Assembly: GCA_002328625.1 (NCBI GenBank)
Contig: DCVC01000260.1
Location: 1 to 53,489 of the forward strand
DNA length: 53,489 nt
Origin: Bacteroidales bacterium UBA2198
Lineage (GTDB): Bacteria > Bacteroidota > Bacteroidia > Bacteroidales > VadinHA17
Reading direction: 5' to 3'
Made by a program: the position numbers and the translations under genes. Under the pieces are notes generated by a model that had not been told where the DNA came from, made no database searches, and saw only the letters and a list, made by a program, of their open reading frames with translations. This document shows, piece by piece, positions 1 through 9,300 of the stretch. The first letter of the stretch is position 1. Each line of letters starts with the position of its first letter.

Positions 1-379
1 ATTCATTGTTGATCACTTTCGGACGTTCGAGAACTTTGCTGGTATGCAGGTCGTTCAGGGAATCGGTTGTATTGGGTGCAAGTGCGATACCTTCAAATTT
101 CCAGTCTGTCAGGTTGTCAGAGGAGTAACACGATACCCCGCCAGCTTCAACACGATAGCATTCCCAGCTCAGATCCGTAATAAGCCTGGTCTCTCCTTTT
201 TTAAATTCCCCAAACCAATAATATTTTCCTTCATGCAACAATATACCGGCACCGTGAGCATTTATTGGATTACCATCTGTATCGTTCCATATTTCACCCG
301 GCATAAATTTCTTGTCTACATTTATATTTTGGCATGAGATCACTGTTAACAGAAAGATCAATAAAAGAATTGGTTTCAT
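1..379 (-). CDS. GH43-like glycoside hydrolase lipoprotein. Only the N-terminal 126 codons are present because the gene continues past the left edge of the window.
   Basis: Absent from the ORF track because there is no stop codon in the window. Translating the minus strand from the ATG at 379-377 gives MKPILLLIFLLTVISCQNINVDKKFMPGEIWNDTDGNPINAHGAGILLHEGKYYWFGEFKKGE... This is a lipoprotein signal (LTVISC) followed by the W-x-D-x-x-G...I-x-AHG-x-G-I...YYW-x-GE first blade typical of five-bladed GH43 enzymes (exo-beta-1,3-galactanase-like subfamilies). Confidence 0.7.
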   Translation of the reverse strand, partial: MKPILLLIFLLTVISCQNINVDKKFMPGEIWNDTDGNPINAHGAGILLHEGKYYWFGEFKKGETRLITDLSWECYRVEAGGVSCYSSDNLTDWKFEGIALAPNTTDSLNDLHTSKVLERPKVINNE

Positions 380-597
380 ATTTTACAAATTATGATTTGA
401 TTAACATGTTGCCCGTATATAAAATCATATTCGTTTGAATCTTCCAGAGCACACCACAAACTGCCTCCGATATCTGTAGAGACGTTAATCCTGATAAGAT
501 CATAGGCAAGAAATACCATGTTATGCTGCTGGTCAACACTTGTATCTGCCAGATTTTCATTGACCGGGTCAATTCTGGATTGCTTGCATCGCATCAC
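376..597 (-). pseudogene. Remnant of a DUF5107-family gene. It corresponds to roughly residues 60-125 of the intact paralogue at 26512..29886.
   Basis: The fragment reads SRIDPVNENLADTSVDQQHNMVFLAYDLIRINVSTDIGGSLWCALEDSNEYDFIYGQHV. The full-length protein reads GRIYPYPLNQSLTNRKVDQEHKMIFLENEYIKIDVFPDIGGRLWGALDKTNQYDFIYRQHV. Only 73 codons are open, against 1124 in the paralogue. The fragment's stop overlaps the GH43 start (ATGA). Confidence 0.75.
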
Positions 598-688
598 ACG
601 TAGTCAATAAGAACAACCCCAGACTAATATATCCGGGGCGTCCCTAATTAACCTACAACCCAGCTAACTTAAAAATACATTAACAATT

Positions 689-2539
689 TCAATATCCGGG
701 ATTTTGGATTAATTTGGTGTTTTTATTCATTTCAGCCCTCGTGATAGGGAAGAAATAACACTTGTCAATCCAGGCCCTGGCATCACCCGGGGTATCAATC
801 TTTGAATATATAGGCGCACCCCATGTCGATCCATCAGGTTGTCTGTAGCTTGTCACTGCAACAGAAGTTACATAGCGTATATCCACGGAGCTTGTTTGTT
901 TATACGCTTCAGGACCGATCATCCAGCGACGGATATCCCAAAAACGCTGATCTTCATAGGCCAGCTCAATACGACGTTCGTGCCGATATGCCTGACGCAA
1001 TGCATCACCTGTTAACGAGGGAGACAGATCAGGCTGACCTGCGCGCTTCCGGATCATATTAATATATGTGCGGGCTTCAGCATCCTGCTGCAATTCAATA
1101 CAAGCTTCTGCATAGTTTAACAATATTTCGCCGTACCGGAAATGCTTGAAAGGAATATCCTGTTTCACATATTGAGGATCTAATGAAGGATCGACATATT
1201 TCCTTAAATAATAACCGCTTAAACTCCCATTCCAGTCTTCAATCGGACCCTGACGGGTGTCCAAACCCGCTTTGATCATATCCCCGGATAAGTTATAAAC
1301 ACGCCCCGTCTGGATACGGCTATACGGATCAATTGCAAGAGCATCACTCGGACGAGTCCTCCATTGTACCCCTTCATATAGCACGGTTGCATAAAAACGT
1401 GCTTCCCGGTTTAAATAAGGATTCGCCTTATGTACAGGATTATTCCAATCGAACATGGAACCATCTTTCATTTGAAACTCGTCTACCAAATCTCCAAGCG
1501 GAGCGCTTGCACCCCAGCAATGATATCCATTTGGCTGAACGTAATACCCTGGATTATATCCATTATTCCAGCTTCCTTCAACAGTTCTTGGAGTAAAGAA
1601 CTGAAGCAGTATGTCCTCACTTGAACCTTTTGATAAAAACAATTCAACGAAGTTCTGAGCTACTGAATCTCCTGGCTGTGGGTTTGCTTTATATAAACTG
1701 TATTTGTTCAGATCAATGACTGCTTTGGCCGCATTTCTAGCAGCAGTCCAGCGTGCAGATGCGTCACCGCCGATATAGCCTATCAATTCAGGGTTGGAGT
1801 ACCCACTTGTTAAAGCACTGTTTTTAGCGGGATTATGCAAATCACTTGCCGCGTAGAGTAATAATCTGGCTTTCAATGCCATAGCAGCTCCTTTGGAAAC
1901 ATGACCATCTGTCGGGTATGAATCTCCCAGATACATCACTGCTGAATCCAGCTGCCCAACCATAAAATTGATACACTCTTCATAGGTATTCCTTGGAGCG
2001 TCGTATGTGTCATTTAACGTATACGCTTTTGTAATAATAGGAACACCACCATAAAGGGCTGTCAGATAAAAATATGTAAACGCACGCAAAAAATAAACCT
2101 GCCCCTTCAAATTGTCAATAACAGCTTTATCAGCATTTAACGAATTAATTTTCGAGAAAAAAATGTTTGTGCGTCGCACATTACCATATAAGGGCGCCCA
2201 ACGAAAATGCGCTTGTTGCGGGCTTGCATCCCATCCCGGATCCCAGCCAGCTAAATCGTCGGGATTGATCAAACATTTGTTAAAATTTCTGACACCCCAG
2301 TCCCAGCTTAAGATAGATTCATCTGAAAAATCAGAAAGCCTTATAACCGCAAATGGGAAACCCATTACATCTCTGTACATACTGTTCACAAAAGTTTGTA
2401 TTAGAATAGGATCGCTCCATACTGCAATTTCGGAATACTCTCCTAATGGCTCCTTATTAAGAAACTCATCCTTGTCCTCACAGGAGGTAAGCATTACGAT
2501 GATTGAGAAAATCACCAATATATTAAATGTCTTTTTCAT
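689..2539 (-). CDS. susD: SusD/RagB-family nutrient-binding outer-membrane lipoprotein
   Basis: 616 aa with a lipoprotein signal (IIVMLTSCEDK). It lies immediately downstream of a SusC gene (12-nt gap). Composition is TPR-like helical, with the C-terminal ...YFFPI....E...N..L.QNPGY ending characteristic of SusD-like proteins. Confidence 0.93.
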   Translation of the reverse strand: MKKTFNILVIFSIIVMLTSCEDKDEFLNKEPLGEYSEIAVWSDPILIQTFVNSMYRDVMGFPFAVIRLSDFSDESILSWDWGVRNFNKCLINPDDLAGWDPGWDASPQQAHFRWAPLYGNVRRTNIFFSKINSLNADKAVIDNLKGQVYFLRAFTYFYLTALYGGVPIITKAYTLNDTYDAPRNTYEECINFMVGQLDSAVMYLGDSYPTDGHVSKGAAMALKARLLLYAASDLHNPAKNSALTSGYSNPELIGYIGGDASARWTAARNAAKAVIDLNKYSLYKANPQPGDSVAQNFVELFLSKGSSEDILLQFFTPRTVEGSWNNGYNPGYYVQPNGYHCWGASAPLGDLVDEFQMKDGSMFDWNNPVHKANPYLNREARFYATVLYEGVQWRTRPSDALAIDPYSRIQTGRVYNLSGDMIKAGLDTRQGPIEDWNGSLSGYYLRKYVDPSLDPQYVKQDIPFKHFRYGEILLNYAEACIELQQDAEARTYINMIRKRAGQPDLSPSLTGDALRQAYRHERRIELAYEDQRFWDIRRWMIGPEAYKQTSSVDIRYVTSVAVTSYRQPDGSTWGAPIYSKIDTPGDARAWIDKCYFFPITRAEMNKNTKLIQNPGY

Positions 2540-2551
2540 TGTATGTATTTT

Positions 2552-5500
2552 TTAGAATGTTAATTTCATACCACCGCTGACTATTCTTGCAAGGGGATAA
2601 GCTTGTCCACTAAGAAGTTCAGGATCAATATACTGCTGTTTGGCGAGAGTGAATAAGTTATTACCGTTTAAATATAAACGAAGACCTTCAATACCTATTG
2701 ATTTTACTAATCTTACCGGTAAGCTATATCCAAATTCAAAGTTTTTCAATCTTACATAATCCATGCTATTCAGAAAGTAAGTATTTACCTGTGCTACTGC
2801 CCTCCAGTATTCATCATTGCGGTTAAATGTTCTCGGGTAGGTAGAATTTATATTTTCAGGAGTCCAGCGATTGTCAGCAAATTCTTTGTAATAATTGCCT
2901 ATTTCACCGGATTCTGATGAAATGTAAACCATAGCACCTGTTGCACCCTGTATCAGAACGGTCAGATCAAATCCTTTATATCTGACTTCAGCAGACAATC
3001 CTCCAATAAACCTTGGCATGTTATTCTTTTCATTCATTACTCTGTCCAAACCGTCGATTTTGCCATCAAGGTTTACATCTTTAAAGATGATATCGCCAGG
3101 CCGGGCCCCCGACCAATGTGGATATGCATTAACTGCTTCGTCGTCTTTAAAGATACCTATTGCCTCATAATATAAAAATGAGCCTGTTGGTCTTCCTGTA
3201 GATTGCTGATATTCGGGAATTCCTGGTGTTTCATCCCAGAAGAGGATCTCATTCCTGGAATAGCTTCCGTTTACAGAAACTGAATAATCGAGGCCGCCTG
3301 AAGATCCACGATAGCCAACTATTGCTTCAAATCCGCTGTTTTTAACCTTCCCTATATTTTCCGGAGGTAAAGTAAGGCCGGTTGAACTGGGAACGGAAGC
3401 ATTTCTTCGAATGAGAATTTGTGAACGGATATTATTGAAATAATCGGCTGAAACTGTTATTTTATTATTAAGCAAAGATGCATCGAAACCGATATTTGCC
3501 TGGTTGGCAACTTCCCATGTTACATTAGGATTTGGAATTTTTGTTTCATTCAGGAGCTTGGAATCGACTCCGCCAAAAACAAAAGTTCTGTTTGAAAGGA
3601 AGCCGTAAGTCGTCAGGTATTGATATTCTGCAATACGGTCATTCCCTGTCTGGCCCCATGATCCACGGATTTTAAAGTCATTAACGAAAGATATGTTGTT
3701 TTTCCAGAAATTTTCTTCTGAAATGCGCCACCCTGCTGAAAGGGCAGGGAAAAAACCGAATCGTTTGCTTTCAGGGAACATATAGGAACCATCGTATCTC
3801 CAGACAAATTCTAGCAGATATTTACTGCCGAATGCATAGTTCATACGACCAAAATAACTCATGTAAGCATACTGGCTTGCGTAGCCGTCATTGGCCATGA
3901 ATTGGTCAGTAGCGCCTGCAAATAACTGGTCGACAGTTGCAGAAAGGAAATTTTTACGGAAAGCAGAGAAAAAGTCGGTTATTCCATTCCTTCTTTCAGC
4001 TCCTGCCATCACCTTGATATCGTGCATACCTGCAAATGTCTTTTCGTAGGTAGCATAGGCGTTTACGCTGATCCTTTGTCCATCCTGCATTTGTTGTGTT
4101 AACTGAGGAGCGCTCAGTCCTCTTTTGGCTGCTACAGTTTTATGTTCCGGATTGCCATCCCATGTGTACAGATACCATGGAGTCTCCCATAATTTCCCAA
4201 ACAGCATAGTTTTATCAAAAGAGGCATTAGCTGTAACTGTTAATCCTGTAACCCATGGAATTGTAATAATTGAACGTAAATTACTTTCAAGTATATACAC
4301 TTTACTTTTATTGTATCCTGTGGCACTGGTTACACTAACCGCCGGGTTAATGCCATATTCAATATCCGGCCCGGGATCCCCGTTAGGCCAGTATGCGGGC
4401 CAATTTGGTTTACCGCGCATCAGCATACGAAAGTTATTGCTTGCACTAACTGTCGGATAATTTCTGATCTCTTCTCTTCCGGAAACATCAAAAGAAATGT
4501 TGATGTATTTATTCACCCTGCCATCGATATTAGTGCGGAAATCGTACTGCCTGTAGTTGGTTGCACTTTTTTTGTAAATAGCATCCTGGAACCTGGTTCC
4601 AAGTGAAAGGAAATATTTCATATTGTCAGTTCCGCCGGAGATAGAAATATTTTGTGAATTCTGGCCTGCCCATGGCTTAAACACCTCTCTAAACCAATCG
4701 GTATTCGGATAGCCCCATGGATCTGATCCATCGCTGAATTTCTGAAGCTCAGCTTCAGAATACTTCTGGTTACGACCCAGTGAAGGTGTCTTGTAATAAG
4801 CAATTTCATTAAGCATGGTAGCATATTGATTGGAATTAGCCATTTCAGGTATTTTTGTCGGCTGGGAGGCACCATAGTTAAGGTCAATTGAGATTATAGG
4901 TTTCCCGATACTGCCTCGTTTGGTCACGACAAGGATTACACCGTTTGCAGCCTGAGAACCATAAATAGCAGCTGAAGCATCTTTCAGAACAGTAATGCTC
5001 TCAATATCATTTGGATTCAACCGTTCCATCCCACGGTTTGGAACACCATCCACAACTATCAGAGGATTATTTTCATTACCCATTCCTAGTGTATTTGTTC
5101 CACGGATACGAAGAGTAGCACCATCCATTCCCGGTTCACCGCTTCTTGAAACAGCTGTAAGACCAGGCATGCGGCCAATAAGATTATTTGTCAGGTTGGT
5201 CGTGGCGGATTTTGTCAGTTCTTCGCCTTTTGTTGAAACTACCGAACCTGTTGCAGTCACTTTCTTTTGTGTACCATAACCAACAACAATAACTTCGTCC
5301 AAACCTGTGATCTGCTGAGCAAGGGCAACATCGAGGATTGCTCTACCACCTATAGGGATCTCCTGGGTGACATATCCGATAAAGGAGAAGGACAGAATAG
5401 CAGACTGAGAGGTAACTGTAATGGAGTATTTACCTTCTGCGTCGGTAATTGCTCCGATGGTAGTGCCTTTAACCTGGATATTCACACCGGGCATAGAAGC

Positions 5501-5716
5501 ACCACTTGTGGCATCAGTAACTGTTCCTGCGACATTAATCTGCTGGTCTTCATCATTCAGTTCCGTACGATCTGAGGTAAATGAACTTGCCGCTGTTGAC
5601 GGCAGGATCATAAAATCAAGGAACAGAATAAGCATCAAAATTTTCACAAGTTGTTGTAACTTGGGAAAATCAACATTCAGCCCTGAGGGCCAAAAGAAGT
5701 AAGTGATTTTTTTCAT
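2552..5716 (-). CDS. susC: SusC/RagA-family TonB-dependent outer-membrane transporter
   Basis: 1054 aa. There is an N-terminal carboxypeptidase-regulatory-like domain (VAGTVTDATSGASMPGVNIQVKGTTIGAITDAEGKYSITV), a plug region (VVVGYGTQKK), a long beta-barrel and a terminal aromatic residue (...GGMKLTF). It is paired with SusD. Confidence 0.96.
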   Translation of the reverse strand: MKKITYFFWPSGLNVDFPKLQQLVKILMLILFLDFMILPSTAASSFTSDRTELNDEDQQINVAGTVTDATSGASMPGVNIQVKGTTIGAITDAEGKYSITVTSQSAILSFSFIGYVTQEIPIGGRAILDVALAQQITGLDEVIVVGYGTQKKVTATGSVVSTKGEELTKSATTNLTNNLIGRMPGLTAVSRSGEPGMDGATLRIRGTNTLGMGNENNPLIVVDGVPNRGMERLNPNDIESITVLKDASAAIYGSQAANGVILVVTKRGSIGKPIISIDLNYGASQPTKIPEMANSNQYATMLNEIAYYKTPSLGRNQKYSEAELQKFSDGSDPWGYPNTDWFREVFKPWAGQNSQNISISGGTDNMKYFLSLGTRFQDAIYKKSATNYRQYDFRTNIDGRVNKYINISFDVSGREEIRNYPTVSASNNFRMLMRGKPNWPAYWPNGDPGPDIEYGINPAVSVTSATGYNKSKVYILESNLRSIITIPWVTGLTVTANASFDKTMLFGKLWETPWYLYTWDGNPEHKTVAAKRGLSAPQLTQQMQDGQRISVNAYATYEKTFAGMHDIKVMAGAERRNGITDFFSAFRKNFLSATVDQLFAGATDQFMANDGYASQYAYMSYFGRMNYAFGSKYLLEFVWRYDGSYMFPESKRFGFFPALSAGWRISEENFWKNNISFVNDFKIRGSWGQTGNDRIAEYQYLTTYGFLSNRTFVFGGVDSKLLNETKIPNPNVTWEVANQANIGFDASLLNNKITVSADYFNNIRSQILIRRNASVPSSTGLTLPPENIGKVKNSGFEAIVGYRGSSGGLDYSVSVNGSYSRNEILFWDETPGIPEYQQSTGRPTGSFLYYEAIGIFKDDEAVNAYPHWSGARPGDIIFKDVNLDGKIDGLDRVMNEKNNMPRFIGGLSAEVRYKGFDLTVLIQGATGAMVYISSESGEIGNYYKEFADNRWTPENINSTYPRTFNRNDEYWRAVAQVNTYFLNSMDYVRLKNFEFGYSLPVRLVKSIGIEGLRLYLNGNNLFTLAKQQYIDPELLSGQAYPLARIVSGGMKLTF

Positions 5717-5814
5717 AGTGTCGTTCTTAATTAATTAAAGGATCGTTAGATATTATGCTTGTTGTATATTGTATTTTGGTTTAAAGTTCAGGACAAGTTC
5801 ATTTTTTGATTATT

Positions 5815-5845
5815 AAGCACTTCCGGTTGTTTGACGGAAGTGCTT
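5815..5845. other. Perfect 11-bp-stem hairpin in the susC upstream region
   Basis: aagcacttccg (5815-5825), a 9-nt loop gttgtttga, then cggaagtgctt (5835-5845). It lies 99-129 nt upstream of the susC ATG. On the minus (mRNA) strand no U-tract follows it, so it is not a canonical terminator. It could be a leader or processing structure. Confidence 0.5.
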
Positions 5846-6012
5846 TTCACCTAACATAGTCACCCGACTAATCCAAAACCTTATATTTCATTTTCATTTT
5901 TAAATTTAAGTGAAGACAAATGAACCGGCATTATGTTTTGTTTCAATTTTGATCACAAATGTCCTGTTATAAAATTTGTTTCATTTTGTATAACACATGT
6001 GCCAGAATGGAT

Positions 6013-6360
6013 TCAGTTCAAGCTCCGCAACAATCTCATGGTCAAACCGCCCGCATGATCCAGGTCGCTGCCGGAGTCGAGGGAATCAAATTCCAGGGTA
6101 CCGGTAAAGGTCCGTCCCGCTTCGAAACAGACCACATCGCCCGGGGAAAGGTCCAGCAGGTTTACCCGGTCGATGCTCCGGAAGGGCTGGCGCAGGGTGC
6201 CCGGAGCATCATCGTTCCCGGATGGGGAAACGTAGTAGGTCCCTGCCTTGCCTCCCGGATTCAGGGTACAGCTCCAAAGAACTGCGATGCAGGTTGCTGC
6301 CAGTAATAGTCCTGACATAGCAAGGAACAGGAGAAGGATAAAGATTTTAACGTGTCTCAT
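6013..6360 (-). pseudogene. 3'-truncated N-terminal fragment of a right-handed parallel beta-helix (pectate-lyase-fold) secreted protein
   Basis: 115 aa. A signal peptide is followed by GTYYVSPSGNDDAPGTLRQPFRSIDRVNLLDLSPGDVVCFEAGRTFTGTLEF, the usual opening of beta-helix-repeat proteins, which are several hundred residues long. Here the frame stops after about 100 residues. Its start overlaps the GH2 stop (ATGA). It is much more GC-rich than its surroundings: spot counts give 36/60 G+C at 6121-6180, 24/60 at 6481-6540 and 14/60 at 5881-5940. Confidence 0.6.
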
Positions 6361-9300
6361 TCTTTTACAGGTGTGATGGACATTATAAAGTCATAGCGTT
6401 TCGGGAGAACCTGGTACTGCGTAAAAACTGATCTGGCAGTGCAGCCTAACCCGCTGGTGGCATAATCGAAATTAAAGGTGATCCCCTCAAAAGGATGCAG
6501 CTGGTATGTATAAAGTGCTTTTGTGAGATTTTCTGCTGAAAAAGGATGTACGCTGAAATTAAACAATTCTTTTCCTTTAAACATCAGGCCTGTGCCGTTT
6601 TCATCCAGCATTTTCACCCACCGGTTATCTGTTCTTAAACCATAATCCTGTGGAATAAGATAAGGCTCAACCATTGCATTTACGGTAGATTGGTAAATTC
6701 CGGTTTTATATCCTGATTTACGGTCAGGATAATTTTCTTCCGGACCACGACCATACCATTTTACATGATCAAGGCTCTTATCCAGCACCCATTCGGTTCC
6801 CATCCTGGGAAGCCAGGACGGCATATTTCCATTTGGGATTATATTATGCTCAATTGTTATTTCCCCGTCACTATGAACAGTATACTTGAAATGATTATGA
6901 AATGCGCCTTTCTGGTTACCCAGGACCAATACATTTTTAACATCGATTAATAAAATCTGATCTGTTATCCTTTCCCAGCTAAATTTTTCCAGGAAGAAAT
7001 GCAGTTTATCAAGGCCGGAAGAATACCACTCAGTGGCTGCCATGCTCCCAAATCCCGGAATATTGTGCTTAATGTTTGCACTCCTGAATGTCCATTCGTC
7101 TGTTTCATTTGCCAGGGGGGCACGCCAGGCATTCATGCGGCCTCCTTCCCTGATAAGTTCTTTGCCCTGAAATTGCATGGACGACAATGCCCCTGTATTT
7201 TTATCAAAGACGTAGGCAAAATCTTTGCCTTCAATGCTTAATTTACTTTCTTCATCGTTGATTGTCAGTGAAGGCTGTGGTGTTTTTTCCGCAGGTGAAA
7301 CAGCTTTGTACCACGGCAGTTCCAGCTGATCCCAGGCAATTTCATAACCGGTATCTGCCCAGGCTCTTTTTTCTTTCTGGCGAAAACTTATCAGCAACCT
7401 GTACTCTGCACCATCCCTGAGTTCCGGTTTCTGAAAAGGGACAACTAACGTTTTTTTCTTTCCGGGTTCAAGCGAAACATCCAATACCCCCTTTTGAATA
7501 ACCTCATCATCAGCCTGAAGCATCCAGACGGTATTCAACTCCCCCAGGTCAGTAAAGTGATAGTGGTTTGTAATTTCAATTTCGCCTTGTTCCGGAGATA
7601 CCCATTTTGCATTTACCGGTTGTCCTGATTTTTTGATTTGGAGCATTTCAGGCTGAGGGCGCCTGTCAGGCCAGATTGATCCGTAAGTCCTTGCACCGAT
7701 TCCATAGCTGAAAAATTCACCTTCCTCCGTAATATCTTCAAAATCCAGCCACAGTGCAGCCTTTTTTTTCAATTCGGGTGAAGGGGAGCCCAGGATATTT
7801 AAAGGAACCACTTCAGTAAAAATTCCAACTTCGTCAATAATGGCATCGCATATATACACATAGGTTTCCTGGCCGTGAATTTCGACGTTCCTCCCGATGT
7901 TTACCGGGAAAGGGGTGTTGCGGATATTTCCTGAAACCGGGGCAGGCTTGCTTTCTTCTCCATCGATAAACAGGGAGATTTCAGAACCGGTATAAACTGC
8001 TGCAACTTTATGCCAGTTGTATTCCCAGTTTTGGGGGAGTGCGATCCTGGTAAAATGCTTTTCATTGGTGGTGAGGTAAAATTCCAGCGAGTCCTTCCCG
8101 ATCTGGTGTATTCCAAACTGATAATTCCCTTTGGTTATGAGAGTTCCTGCCGAACTGCTGAGAGACCGGGGATACACCCATAATGAGAGAGTAAGCTGGT
8201 TGCCACTGATCTCCAAAGCTTCATCACGGTATACTTCAACCCATTGGTCATGACCGTTCAGATCTATTCCCTTTCCTGTGACACCTGTTGCAAGTTTTGC
8301 CCTGCCCATGAGGTTTACCTGGACATCATTACCGGAACCATCCTGTAAAGTGAGTATCTTCTCGGCCAGGCCGGTGCTCACAAAATCCCAGATAGCACCT
8401 CCCATGCTCCTGTCATGATTGTAAATTGCTTCCCAGTAATCATCCAGGCCACCTCCTGCGTTACCTGTAACAGCCTGGTATTCGTCCATAAATGACGGCC
8501 GTGGATCTACCTCAGCCGGGATAAGGAATACATTGGTGATCAATTCGAATAGTTGCGGGTACCTTGGCCCGATAATATCCTCGCAGGGATGGGCGAAGGC
8601 ATTTCCTCCGTACATCCAGTAACGGGTAGGGTCATATTTTTTTCCCTCATCAATCACATGGCAGATATTAATTCCTTCACCGCTCTCATTTCCTGCACTC
8701 CAGAAAAGGATACTGGGATGATTCCTGTCCCGCAATACCATCTTCCGTGCCCTTTCGCGGTACATTTCCTCCCATTCTTCCAATTCTGACAGATACTGGG
8801 TTGCATGGCACTCATCACCAGTTTCGTCCACAATGTATATCCCGTATTCATCGGCAAGTTCCAGGTATCTGCTTACAGGCGGATAATGCGAAGTGCGCAC
8901 ACAGTTGATATTGTATTGTTTGAACAGGTTAAAATCCCTGATCATCGTTTCTTCGTTCATGGTATGGCCCAGGGTGGGATGCTGCATATGGGTGTTGGTG
9001 CCATTCAGTTTTATCGGGACTCCATTCAGGTAGAATACCTGGTTCCGGATTTCCGTTTCTTTAAAACCAATTCGTCCTGAGATCACTTCTTCTGTTTTAC
9101 CCGATGGATTAATAAGTTCGAAGGTAAGGGTATAAAGATTGGGGTATTCTGCTGACCATTTTGCCGGATTGACAATTTCATCCGATAACTTAAGTTCAAG
9201 GGAGGCACCGGGCAGTATTGAAAATTTTTCTGAAGTTATTGTTTTCACGGTTTTCTTTTCGGAATCAAAGAGAGTGACACGGAGGAGATAATCTTCACCG

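Noticed and set aside
44-337. 97-aa plus-strand ORF at the left edge
   Set aside because: It is antisense to the clearly recognisable GH43 N-terminus (lipoprotein signal plus the W.D..G..I.AHG..I...YYW.GE motif) on the minus strand, and it has no motif of its own.
5959-6306. 115-aa plus-strand ORF antisense to the beta-helix fragment
   Set aside because: High GC keeps both strands open here. Only the minus-strand product has a signal peptide and the YYVSPSGND...PGD beta-helix opening, and it is translationally coupled to the upstream GH2.
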